Below, piece after piece: positions 10,907-20,479 of a stretch of DNA of 64,000 nucleotides. The notes beneath the pieces are model-generated. The model was not told where the DNA came from. It did not search any database and saw only the letters and a program-made list of their open reading frames with translations. The stretch spans positions 23,617 to 87,616 of the forward strand of contig JAFGDQ010000066.1 of NCBI GenBank assembly GCA_016932015.1, written 5' to 3'. The number at the start of each line of letters is the position of its first letter. The stretch's first letter is position 1. Source of the stretch: Spirochaetota bacterium (GTDB taxonomy: Bacteria; Spirochaetota; UBA4802; JAFGDQ01). A program made the position numbers and the translations under genes.

Positions 10907-12226
10907 TTAAACCCCCATCATTAAATTCGGCAGCCATAGTGCCAGCTGAGGGAATATGAATAGAATTACAAGCGCTACAACAAGCGCGATAAGGAAAGGC
11001 AGTACTCCTTTGTACACTGTGCCGAACGGAATTTTTGTCATGTTTGCCAGAATAAAAACATAGATCGCCATTGGAGGAATAAGCCCGCCTATCATAATCG
11101 TAACGCATATTATAATGGCAAAGAAAATCGGGTCATAACCTAGAGCTACCGCAGTCGGGAAGAATATAGGGGTAGCGAGTATCATGAAGGCCAGGTCATC
11201 CATAATTGATCCGCCGACAAGATAGATGATAATTATTGCTATCATGATAACTGAACCCGGCAGGTTAAGTCCGCCGACCCAGTCAGCTGCTATCATCGGA
11301 ATTTCCGTAATTGCCAGAAAATGGCCGAATATAGAAGAGCCTGCAATCAGCATAAGGGTCATGATAGATATCCTTAAAGACTCATCAAATGATTTGACCA
11401 TCATTTTGAGATTTACTTCTCTCTGAATCAGGGCAAGCAGGAAAATTGCTACTGTTCCGATTGTACCGGCTTCTGTCGGGCTGAAAAATCCGAACATCAT
11501 TCCGCCAATAACAACCGCAAATATAATGAAAACTACCAAAAAGTTAGGCAGTGACAGTATCTTTTCTTTCCATGTAGCTTTTATTTCCGCCCTTGGAGCG
11601 ATTTCCGGCCTGAGGGTTGCCCATGCCCAGATTACTACCATAAAAAGAATCGAAATGACTATTGACGGTAAAATTCCGGCCAGGAAAAGCCTGCCGATTG
11701 ACTGTTCTACAATAAGGCCGTATATGATAAGTACGCTGCTGGGGGGGAGTATCATTCCCAAAGTGCTTACTGAGGCTACTGTTCCGGTTGAGAGTTCCTT
11801 TTTATATCCGTACCTGTCCATTTCCGGTATAGCAAGACCTGTGAATGTTCCGATTGTTGCAAGCGATGACCCGCACATTGACTTAAATACCGCGGCGCCT
11901 ATTACGGTTGTCATAGCAAGCCCGCCCGGAATTCTTCCCGCCCATTTGTGAGCTGCCATGTAAAGCTTTTTCGCGATGTTTGCATTGGACGCGATCTGTC
12001 CCATAAGTATAAACAGCGGGATAACAGTAAAGGAATAAGTCGTAAAGGTGTCAAGAAAGTCCTTAACAACTAAATTGGAAGCTGCGGCAAATGACATCAG
12101 GAAAGTAAATCCCATAAATCCGACGAGTATCATGGAATAAGCCATTTCAAGGCCGCTTAAAAACAATATCAACATTACAATTATAGCATATACGCCTATT
12201 GCTACATCACTCATTTTCTCCTCCAT
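10907..12226 (-). CDS. dctM: TRAP transporter large permease subunit DctM
   Basis: 439 aa polytopic. DctM family features. Overlaps the dctQ stop. Confidence 0.88.
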   Translation of the reverse strand: MEEKMSDVAIGVYAIIVMLILFLSGLEMAYSMILVGFMGFTFLMSFAAASNLVVKDFLDTFTTYSFTVIPLFILMGQIASNANIAKKLYMAAHKWAGRIPGGLAMTTVIGAAVFKSMCGSSLATIGTFTGLAIPEMDRYGYKKELSTGTVASVSTLGMILPPSSVLIIYGLIVEQSIGRLFLAGILPSIVISILFMVVIWAWATLRPEIAPRAEIKATWKEKILSLPNFLVVFIIFAVVIGGMMFGFFSPTEAGTIGTVAIFLLALIQREVNLKMMVKSFDESLRISIMTLMLIAGSSIFGHFLAITEIPMIAADWVGGLNLPGSVIMIAIIIIYLVGGSIMDDLAFMILATPIFFPTAVALGYDPIFFAIIICVTIMIGGLIPPMAIYVFILANMTKIPFGTVYKGVLPFLIALVVALVILFIFPQLALWLPNLMMGV

Positions 12227-12713
12227 TGATCGTACGGATTAAGTCACAAAAAAGTGTAAGGCCCTGCATTAGAAAAGCGAATGAAATAATATAGGCAAAT
12301 GGACAAAGAGGAACTCTGAAATACGGAGTACATTCGCCTGTTTTTGAAATATCAATTCCGTAAATAAAACAGTTATAAGCTATAAAAAGAAATATTACAA
12401 TACCGGCTATTCTGGTAATAATATTTACTGTTTTTTTCTTTTCAGGTTTCAGTTTATTTACTATCAGGTCAACATATATCTGTACCTTCATCCATGTCGC
12501 GTAAGGCACTGAAAAACTGAATACTATACACCCGGCGTACTGCATTATTTCCATAGATCCGGTTATGGGGTGGCCAAAATTTCTCAGAATTACATCGCAG
12601 AGTGTTATTAAAACCATGCAGCATAACAGGAACCCTGCGATTATATAAATTAATATATCAATTTTGATAATGCCCGCTAAAAGCATCTTCATATTTTGCC
12701 TCCGGATTCGCAA
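12207..12713 (-). CDS. dctQ: TRAP transporter small permease subunit DctQ
   Basis: 168 aa with 4 TM helices. Lies between dctP and dctM, overlapping the dctM start. Confidence 0.75.
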   Translation of the reverse strand: MRIRRQNMKMLLAGIIKIDILIYIIAGFLLCCMVLITLCDVILRNFGHPITGSMEIMQYAGCIVFSFSVPYATWMKVQIYVDLIVNKLKPEKKKTVNIITRIAGIVIFLFIAYNCFIYGIDISKTGECTPYFRVPLCPFAYIISFAFLMQGLTLFCDLIRTINGGENE

Positions 12714-12879
12714 AAAAATGCGAAAGCTGATTTGTAAAAAAAACCATGTAATATATTAACGCCGATGCAAAAACAGATATTCACATATCATGCCTCTGCA
12801 CCGGCGAATTAAGTCTGATTATGAGGATAGAGGGTTGTATTTAAATACAGCTCTCTTTAACGCATTTTGATGCACTGCT

Positions 12880-13905
12880 CTATTTATTTCTCTTCAGATA
12901 ATCCTGGCAGAATTTTAATGCTTCTTTGCCGGGTAAGCCTTTGGATTCGGCCATTTTGACATACTGGTCAAATATAGGCTGCATTTTTTTAGCTGTATCT
13001 CTGATGTCTCTCTCGGGAATTTTTATAAATTTAACGCCTTTTGATTTCGCAAACTGTTCCGCTTTTTTATCCAGAGTTACCCAGGTTTTTCCGAATTTTT
13101 CAATATATTGTTTATTTATTTTTTCAATAGCTTTCTGATCTGCACTGGAGATGGAATTCCATTTGTCTTTATTCATGATAACATACATTGAAGTCATATA
13201 TGACATACCGTAATCTTCCAGTACGGTTTTAACAACTTCGCCTATTCTGAATCCCTGCAAAGCTTCAATCGGAAAAAGACATCCGTCAATCAGTCCTCTT
13301 GAAAGACCGTCATATGTTTCACCGACTGTCATGGTTACCGGCGAAGCTCCCAGCGCGGTAACTATGCCGACATTTTCCGCGTTTGCCTTTATTCTCAGTC
13401 CTTTTAAATCTGCTGTGCTTTTAATTCTGTCTTTAGTAAAAAAGAATCCCGGAGCAGCACCGTGCAGAAACATAACCTGGACATCATCAAACTCTTTCGG
13501 CTTGAATTTTTCGTAAAATGCGTTAGCCAGCTTTGTTGCCTGATAACCGTTTCTATATCCGAGCGGCTGCTGAAGAACTTCTGAAAGAGGAAGCCTTCCC
13601 GGAGAATACGCAAGCAGACATGTGCCTATATCGACAATACCTTTAACAGTGTTGTCGTATACCTGGGGCGGCGGGCTGAGGGTATTGGCAGGGAATGTCG
13701 TAATTTTTACTCTTCCGTTTGTAGCTTTCTCAATGTCTTCTCCGTACGCTTTCAGCATTTTGGCGTACGGATGTACTGCTGGCCATATTAATGAGAGGCG
13801 CAGTTTCATGGTTTTTGCTTCTGCTTTCACCGGATGAAGTGCGACAGTTAATAATGCGGCCATACACAGTAGAGCTGTAATTTTTAGAACCCTTTTCATA
13901 AACAA
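12880..13905 (-). CDS. dctP: TRAP transporter substrate-binding protein DctP
   Basis: Signal peptide. DctP-family periplasmic binding protein. Immediately upstream of dctQM. Confidence 0.85.
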   Translation of the reverse strand: MFMKRVLKITALLCMAALLTVALHPVKAEAKTMKLRLSLIWPAVHPYAKMLKAYGEDIEKATNGRVKITTFPANTLSPPPQVYDNTVKGIVDIGTCLLAYSPGRLPLSEVLQQPLGYRNGYQATKLANAFYEKFKPKEFDDVQVMFLHGAAPGFFFTKDRIKSTADLKGLRIKANAENVGIVTALGASPVTMTVGETYDGLSRGLIDGCLFPIEALQGFRIGEVVKTVLEDYGMSYMTSMYVIMNKDKWNSISSADQKAIEKINKQYIEKFGKTWVTLDKKAEQFAKSKGVKFIKIPERDIRDTAKKMQPIFDQYVKMAESKGLPGKEALKFCQDYLKRNK

Positions 13906-14081
13906 TCCTCCTTGATAATAATATTATTATTATTAAAAATAATCCTTTGAAAACCGGAATCGGTTTTATAAAATCTATATATTTAACATCTCAACTGTAT
14001 AAAATAAATTAACAAGTCAGTCAGGTTGAGTAAATAATATTTTTAGATTTTAATATTGAATAATTTAAAAATATTAATTTT

Positions 14082-15611
14082 TTATTTTTCACCTGTGTAT
14101 TGAGCCCTGATTTCCCTTTTAAGTATTGAGCCCTTGCCTGTTCTTGGAAAGTCTTCAACAAATTCATAGATTTTAGGGACCTTGTATGGAGCAAGTGATT
14201 TTTTCAGGAAAGTTTTCATTTCATCAGGGCTGACATTGCTTCCTTTTTTGAGTATAATGAATGCAGCAACTTCTTCACCCCATTCCCTGTCAGGTACGCC
14301 TATAACCGCACATTCCTGAACCTCGGGCTTTTTATAAATTGCTTCTTCCACTTCTGTTGAGTAAACATTTTCACCGCCCGTGATTATCATATCTTTCAAG
14401 CGGTCAACAATATAAAAATATCCTTTTTCGTCCATATAGCCTATATCACCGGTTCTGAACCATTGGTCTTCATGTCTTCTTTTTTCAGGATCAAGGTGCC
14501 AGAAAGTAGCATAGGTCGCGTCCGGATTATTCAGGTAGCCTTTCATAATATTATTGCCCCTTACGCATATCTCGCCCTTTTCTCCTGGAGGCAGAGCTTC
14601 ACCCGACAAAATATCCCTTATCTGAGTCTCTACTCCGGGAACTGTTGCTCCTATCGAGCCGATAACATGTTCATTAAAGTGATTATAGGTTACAGCTGAA
14701 GCTGTTTCAGTTAATCCGTATCCTTCAAATATCAGAAGTCCTGTCTTATCTTTCCACTCCCTCACAACTTCTGCCGGCATTGCAGCTCCTGCAGAAAAGC
14801 AATATCTGACCTTTGACAATAACTCCCTTATATTCGGAAGCGTGAGCAGTCGGGTATACACAGTCGGTACTGAAAAAAGTTTGGTTACTCTTCCGGAGTG
14901 TATCAGTTCTATTATTTTATCCATATCAAAAGAGGGGAGAATTTCAAGGCATCCGGCACTGATAACTGTTGCATTCATTACATGCATTTGTCCGAAGACA
15001 TGGTTAAAAGGAAGGAAACAGAGGGCTCTGTCATTTTCGCAGGAATGTTCACAGAATGCAACATTATGAGCCGAAGTATTTATATTCAGATGAGTGGTCA
15101 TAACCCCTTTCGGGATACCTGTTGTTCCTCCTGTGTATAGCACGGAAGCAGTATCGTTCCGGTCGCAGTATACAGCTTCAAAGTCGGTCGATCCTGTTTC
15201 AAGAAGCCTACTGAAAGAAATATCTCCTTCAGGGCAGATAACTTTTTGAATACCGTCGGCTCCCCTCAGGTCTTTAATATCATTAAGCCTTTTGTCTTCG
15301 GTGAACAGGATTTTCGGTTTTGAATGTTTGAGAAGCATTTTAAGCTCATCCGGACTCAATGTTGCTGCAAGTGTTATGGCAACTGCTCCGATTTTAAGTA
15401 TACCGAAATACAGAATAAGCCATTCAGGAGAATTAAAAGCGCAAAGGCCTATATGGTCCCCTGACTTGATTCCCAGTTTTAAAAGCGCGGTCGCTGCTCT
15501 GTTCGCTTCCATATTAAATTGTTTATAGGTTATTTCAGTATTATCCATGCTGATAGCAGGATTGTCAGGAAAAAAGCGTGCAGAAATCTGTAAGTTTGAT
15601 GCAGCATTCAT
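14082..15611 (-). CDS. AMP-dependent acyl-CoA synthetase/ligase
   Basis: AMP-binding signature YTGGTTGIPKGV. C-terminal GEEV...PRTGKGSILK motif. Confidence 0.85.
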   Translation of the reverse strand: MNAASNLQISARFFPDNPAISMDNTEITYKQFNMEANRAATALLKLGIKSGDHIGLCAFNSPEWLILYFGILKIGAVAITLAATLSPDELKMLLKHSKPKILFTEDKRLNDIKDLRGADGIQKVICPEGDISFSRLLETGSTDFEAVYCDRNDTASVLYTGGTTGIPKGVMTTHLNINTSAHNVAFCEHSCENDRALCFLPFNHVFGQMHVMNATVISAGCLEILPSFDMDKIIELIHSGRVTKLFSVPTVYTRLLTLPNIRELLSKVRYCFSAGAAMPAEVVREWKDKTGLLIFEGYGLTETASAVTYNHFNEHVIGSIGATVPGVETQIRDILSGEALPPGEKGEICVRGNNIMKGYLNNPDATYATFWHLDPEKRRHEDQWFRTGDIGYMDEKGYFYIVDRLKDMIITGGENVYSTEVEEAIYKKPEVQECAVIGVPDREWGEEVAAFIILKKGSNVSPDEMKTFLKKSLAPYKVPKIYEFVEDFPRTGKGSILKREIRAQYTGEK

Positions 15612-15725
15612 AATAATACCCTGTTTTTAGTAATATTATCAAACTGATGTACGTTAGCGAGTATTTCTTTAAGGTCGGTGAATTTTAAACTGATTATTAA
15701 ATGGAGAGGTCGGTAATATTTTTTA

Positions 15726-15759
15726 AATCAATTCGCTGAACCAATTCAGTGAATTGATT
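15726..15759. promoter_or_regulatory. candidate TetR operator: 15-bp inverted repeat AATCAATTCGCTGAA-N4-TTCAGTGAATTGATT
   Basis: Near-perfect palindrome with one mismatch. Lies 70 bp downstream of the tetR stop and 115 bp upstream of the acyl-CoA ligase start. Confidence 0.5.
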
Positions 15760-15828
15760 ATGCATAAATTTGCTTTTAAATTATGTCAATATATTTTTAA
15801 AATAAAATTTTATTAAAAAAATTTTTTT

Positions 15829-16422
15829 CTATTTTTTAATAACAGGAATAACTTTCCGGATATTCATGATCATTTTTTTCTGTAAATCAAAATTACCTTC
15901 ACTGATGCACCAGTGATATGCAGTTCCTCTTGCTACAGTAAAAAGAAAATCCGATACTTCATCCGGAGTCATTTTATCCGTTATTTCTCCATCTTTCTGC
16001 CCTTTGCTTATAATATCTGAGAGCATTATTAAGAGAAATCTTCCTTTGCTTAAAAAGAGCTTATTGTTTGAATGATAAAGTAATTTAAGCATATCAAGGC
16101 CTACATCAACATTATATTTTGCATAATACCGGAAGAAGGCCTCAATATTTTTTACTGAGGACTTGTCTTTTAATTTTTCGAATACTTTACTTTCAAAATG
16201 ATCGTCTATGCGTTTGAATATTTCTGTGAGTATATCGTACTTGGAGTCAAAATAGTGATAGAATGCACCTACTGAAACGCCGGCTTTTTTACTAATATCT
16301 TCTATTGTAATGCCGTCGAATCCGGATTTCTCCATCAGTTCTATTGCAGTTTCATAGATAGTCTTTTTGGTATTGAGCGCCTGGATTTTTCTTTTTGTTA
16401 AATTATCTGTTACTTTTTCCAT
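15829..16422 (-). CDS. TetR/AcrR family transcriptional regulator
   Basis: N-terminal HTH (TIEDISKKAGVSVGAFYHYFDSKYD), typical TetR length. Confidence 0.85.
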   Translation of the reverse strand: MEKVTDNLTKRKIQALNTKKTIYETAIELMEKSGFDGITIEDISKKAGVSVGAFYHYFDSKYDILTEIFKRIDDHFESKVFEKLKDKSSVKNIEAFFRYYAKYNVDVGLDMLKLLYHSNNKLFLSKGRFLLIMLSDIISKGQKDGEITDKMTPDEVSDFLFTVARGTAYHWCISEGNFDLQKKMIMNIRKVIPVIKK

Positions 16423-16591
16423 ATCAGGATAAATTACAGAACTAAAATTATTACACTATTGTATGTTTAAGGTTTAATAGTCACAGCATTAAAAAAAATG
16501 TCAAAGTTAAATTTAAATATTACAGTTTTTTTTCACTTTTTGCCGGATTTACGTTTATAGTATTTGCTGTTTTATGATAATATTCTGAAGG

Positions 16592-17452
16592 TTACTGCCC
16601 GCCTGCAGACTGAATTTCCCGTTTTAAAATTTTCATAACTTCAGGCAGTTTCCAGAAATCCTGTTTATCAGATTTTTCCCCGATATCCATGATGAATTTA
16701 ATTTTGTTTGTTCCGTTTATTCCGGCTGCTGTCTGCGCCTGTTTTCTGTAAATGGATTTTTCTTCACTCAGGAGCGTAATACTGCATTCAAGGTGAGGTA
16801 ATATCTTAACCGGCTGTTCCAGTTCCCATCCCCCTGCGGAACCGTACTCTTTAATGCGTATTTTATATTCCATGGAATCGGAAGGCAGAGAGTCGTATTC
16901 ATAGATACCTGATATACAGACTATGGAATACAGCTTTGTTACAAAAGGCGCAAATTTTATTGCAGCTTCCGATCCGGAATAAAAACCGGTAAAAGAAGCA
17001 GGTAAGGGCCCGTTAAGTTTGACAAGCTTTTCGTATATTCCATTGTAGACCATAATTTCCGATAATCCGTTATCCGGATTATATGCATACAGGCTTTCTC
17101 CGGAATCAACAATTACAATCAATGCATTATACCATGAAGAAAGTTCCTTCAGTTTCATTTCGTTTATAATTTTTTCAGGCGACAGGCTGTCTCCGTTTTC
17201 CGGTTTATGTTCACTGTAAAAAATCCACATCAGTAATTCAGGACTTTCAGGTAAAATAATATGCAGGTCTCTTGATACTGAAATTTTTCCTTTCCTGGCT
17301 GCAAATTTATAATTATCATTTACGGTTTTATACAGCTTTGCCGAGTCAAAATCACCCCATATTTTTTTTAAAGTGCTGAAGTCCGGTGCGTTTCCAGCAA
17401 AAGCCGGATATGTAATCAGAATCAGAAAAAAAGCAATTATTATTCTGAACAT
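16592..17452 (-). CDS. hypothetical secreted protein
   Basis: Signal peptide (ILITYPAFAGNAP). No recognised family. Confidence 0.45.
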   Translation of the reverse strand: MFRIIIAFFLILITYPAFAGNAPDFSTLKKIWGDFDSAKLYKTVNDNYKFAARKGKISVSRDLHIILPESPELLMWIFYSEHKPENGDSLSPEKIINEMKLKELSSWYNALIVIVDSGESLYAYNPDNGLSEIMVYNGIYEKLVKLNGPLPASFTGFYSGSEAAIKFAPFVTKLYSIVCISGIYEYDSLPSDSMEYKIRIKEYGSAGGWELEQPVKILPHLECSITLLSEEKSIYRKQAQTAAGINGTNKIKFIMDIGEKSDKQDFWKLPEVMKILKREIQSAGGQ

Positions 17453-17531
17453 TCAGGCAGCCTCCGTGTTTTGAGTTTTGTATTTATAATTTTGGATAAT
17501 ATTTTGAGTAAACTGTGATTAATTAAAAAAG

Positions 17532-18089
17532 CTATTGTATACGGTAAAGCACCATATGTTTTAAGGATATTTCTTCTATATCGTTGAACCCGGTTTTTTC
17601 AGCGGCTTTTATAATTTCTTCAGCTTTTAAACGATGAGACAGGGGCGGACCCTGTTTATCTTCACTGTACGGCCATTCCAGTATAATAACTCTGTGCCTT
17701 GTTACCCGTTTCGCTTCCTCTAAGGCCTTTTCAATGTCTGCTGTTTCATGGAGAATATGTCCCAGAAAAACAATGTCAAATTCATTATCGGGGAAGGGGA
17801 GAGATTCGGCTTTGCCGATTGAAAATATGCCCGAGGGAACATGTCTTTGTGCTTCGGAAAGCATATTTTGATTGATGTCAATTCCCGTTACAGCAAGGTT
17901 CCTTTCCGCGAACGCCTGGGCAAATACGGCGCTGCCGGTACCCACATCCAGCACTGATTTTACCTGAATATCCTGTATCGAAAGATCAACGACACGGCTG
18001 ATTTCAAGCATTTGAATCCGTTCATGTGAACGTAGTTTTTCTATTTTTCCCTTATACACACGGTTACTCATAAAGTTTCCTGAAAACAA
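17532..18089 (-). CDS. class I SAM-dependent methyltransferase
   Basis: Motif I VLDVGTGSAVFA and post-I acidic DID. Methyltransf_11-like. Confidence 0.8.
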   Translation of the reverse strand: MFSGNFMSNRVYKGKIEKLRSHERIQMLEISRVVDLSIQDIQVKSVLDVGTGSAVFAQAFAERNLAVTGIDINQNMLSEAQRHVPSGIFSIGKAESLPFPDNEFDIVFLGHILHETADIEKALEEAKRVTRHRVIILEWPYSEDKQGPPLSHRLKAEEIIKAAEKTGFNDIEEISLKHMVLYRIQ

Positions 18090-18204
18090 TTAAAGCCGGA
18101 GGCACTAAGTTAATCGGTGCCTGTTATATAGAAATAATCAATAATTAAATAAAGCCTGAATTTAATATACAAATAGTAGCTGATCAGCTGGATTATGTGG
18201 ATAA

Positions 18205-18459
18205 ATGTCTATGCTTATCATCCGTATGTCAAATAATATTAAGCCGGATTCTGAGGTATATTTATTTTTTCATGATATTGTTTTACTTGATATAGTAATG
18301 CAGGGAATACGGGGTGCTGAAGTGTATTACAGGCTTCGCGAGATCAATCCGGAGGTCAAAGTGCTTATAATTTCAGGATATGCACAAATAGAAAATATTC
18401 CTGACAGGGTAACGGGCTTTTTGAAAAAACCGTTCCATTCTGTTGATTTATTAATATGA
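18205..18459 (+). pseudogene. N-terminally truncated response-regulator receiver domain (remnant)
   Basis: Encodes only the C-terminal two-thirds of a REC domain (DIVLLDIVMQG...VKVLIISGY...KKPF). No upstream coding capacity for the Asp-pocket N-terminus. Confidence 0.4.
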
Positions 18460-18624
18460 TTAATAAATCAATATCTTGAAAAAAATAATTTTTTCTGAAT
18501 AGAGGGTGTCAGAATTTTTGTGCAAATGGTAAATATTTATAGAATCACCCTCTCTCCAAAATATATAGCAAATTGATTTATTGTTATAAAGTCATTAAAA
18601 GATTATTTCTGAAAGTTATAAAAC

Positions 18625-18664
18625 AATGGACTGTTTACTTTTAATCACCAGTCCATTATTTTAT
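18625..18664. terminator. bidirectional rho-independent terminator
   Basis: Perfect 9-bp inverted repeat AATGGACTG/CAGTCCATT with 15-nt loop, flanked by A/T runs. Immediately downstream of the vWA gene stop. Confidence 0.55.
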
Positions 18665-18687
18665 GTTATTAATAAATTATCGTCTGG

Positions 18688-20346
18688 TCATTTATTCAGT
18701 AAGTCAGCTGTTTTTATGAGCTCAATAAATTCATTTCTGTAGCCTTCAGTATCTTTTCCTTTCGAATTTTTTGCCAGTACAAGTATGTCTTTGTATTCAA
18801 GGTCATTTTTAAATTCAGAATCTCTGAGCAGCATTCCGAAACCTGCAACAGCAGCTGAAAATCTGAAATTGTCGGAACTTTCTTTCAGCTTTGTTCCTGA
18901 ATCATTTACTGAGTGCACGATGAGAGTGCTTGTATTTTCCTTCGGAGGTTTGTAGCGGAATTTTAGTGTCATGATTTCATTGCCTGCTGTTGCGTCTTTT
19001 TTTACAATTATTTTCTGATATTTCAGCTCATCAATTCCATCTATTCCCTGATTTGATCCGGCAGGAATGATCTCATAAAGAGCAGTAACCGTGTGGCCTG
19101 CGCCGAGTTCTCCTGCGTCTTTTTGATCGTTGTTAAAATCTTCGTTTGCAAGAACACGGTTTTCATACCCGATCAGCCTGTAGGCTTTGACCTTCGCAGG
19201 ATTGAATTCGATCTGTATTTTTACATCTTTTGCAATTGTAAACATGTTGGCTCTCATTTCCCTTACAAATACCTTCTCAGCTTCCTTTATGCTGTCTATG
19301 TAAAAATAATTACCGTTGCCCGCGTTGCTTATCTGCTCCATTCTGCCGTCTTTATAATTACCCATGCCGAAACCGCATATTGTGAGATAAATATCGTCTT
19401 TACGCTTTTCTTCTATGACGCGTACAAGGTCTCCTGTTGATGATACGCCTACGTTGAAATCTCCGTCAGTACAGAGAATGACGCGGTTGTTTCCGCCTTT
19501 TATCAGGTTCTGTTTGGCCGTTTTGTAGGCAAGCATAATGCCCTGTCCCCCTGCTGTTGACCCGCCTGCGTTAAGCCTGTCAAGAGCGTCGATTATCCTG
19601 TTCTTTTGCGCCGCAGGAGTGGAAGGCAGCACAAGTCCGGCAGCGCCTGCGTATGCGACTATGGAAATCCTGTCTTTTCCGCTTAATTCATTCAGCAGCA
19701 GTTTCAGCGATTTTTTCAGTAAAGGCAGTTTGTTCGGGTCACTCATTGACCCTGATGAGTCAATTAAAAACACTAGGTTGCAGGGCTTAAGATTGTCATA
19801 ATCAAGAGACTTTCCCTGAATACCTATATGGATCAGTTTGTTTTCTTTGTTCCATGGAGATTCCGATATTTCAGTATAAATCGAGAAAGGATGCTTTCCT
19901 TCCGGCTGAGGATAATCGTAAATAAAATAATTGATCATTTCCTCAATGCGTACTGCGTCTTTAGGCGGCATCCGGCTGCCTGTTAAAAAGCGGCGCAGGT
20001 TTGCGTATGAAGCTGTGTCAACATCAATAGAGAAAGTTGAAAGCGGATTGATTGCTGCAGCTTTAAACTCGTTTTCGTTTATGTGATCGTATTCTTCCGT
20101 GTCGTGCTGGATTGCTGCTGTATCATCATATGCTGCGTATGACACTACACCTGCACCGGCATGCTCCTTTTTTAAAGAACTGTGCTTCATTGCAGAAGGG
20201 GGGGCTTCTTCCGCGCACAGAATTTCATCACGATCCGGTTCAGCAGTATTTACTACCTGCTTGCCGCCGCAGCCGTAATACGCTGTAAGAACAATTGCGA
20301 AGAAGATGATTAAAAAGATTTTTTTAAAAGATATGAAATTTATCAT
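18688..20346 (-). CDS. von Willebrand factor type A domain lipoprotein (YfbK-like)
   Basis: Signal plus Cys (YYGCGG). vWA MIDAS motif DSSGSM. Conserved C-terminal region as in DUF3520-containing vWA proteins. Confidence 0.78.
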   Translation of the reverse strand: MINFISFKKIFLIIFFAIVLTAYYGCGGKQVVNTAEPDRDEILCAEEAPPSAMKHSSLKKEHAGAGVVSYAAYDDTAAIQHDTEEYDHINENEFKAAAINPLSTFSIDVDTASYANLRRFLTGSRMPPKDAVRIEEMINYFIYDYPQPEGKHPFSIYTEISESPWNKENKLIHIGIQGKSLDYDNLKPCNLVFLIDSSGSMSDPNKLPLLKKSLKLLLNELSGKDRISIVAYAGAAGLVLPSTPAAQKNRIIDALDRLNAGGSTAGGQGIMLAYKTAKQNLIKGGNNRVILCTDGDFNVGVSSTGDLVRVIEEKRKDDIYLTICGFGMGNYKDGRMEQISNAGNGNYFYIDSIKEAEKVFVREMRANMFTIAKDVKIQIEFNPAKVKAYRLIGYENRVLANEDFNNDQKDAGELGAGHTVTALYEIIPAGSNQGIDGIDELKYQKIIVKKDATAGNEIMTLKFRYKPPKENTSTLIVHSVNDSGTKLKESSDNFRFSAAVAGFGMLLRDSEFKNDLEYKDILVLAKNSKGKDTEGYRNEFIELIKTADLLNK

Positions 20347-20479
20347 AGTTTTTATCCTCTGAATATTTTTAGATTCTGTTCCTATGACAAATTTTGCGCG
20401 GAAAAGTTCCGATTTTTTTAAAATAAAGGTTAATTTTTATTTTAAAATTTATTATAAACGGGATTAAAGCGCTTATATT

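Noticed and set aside
11226-11951. two plus-strand ORFs (66 and 141 aa) inside dctM
   Set aside because: Antisense of a polytopic permease gene. No start context or conservation.
18205-18459. intact stand-alone response regulator
   Set aside because: Lacks the N-terminal half of the receiver fold including the acidic pocket. Scored as a remnant instead.
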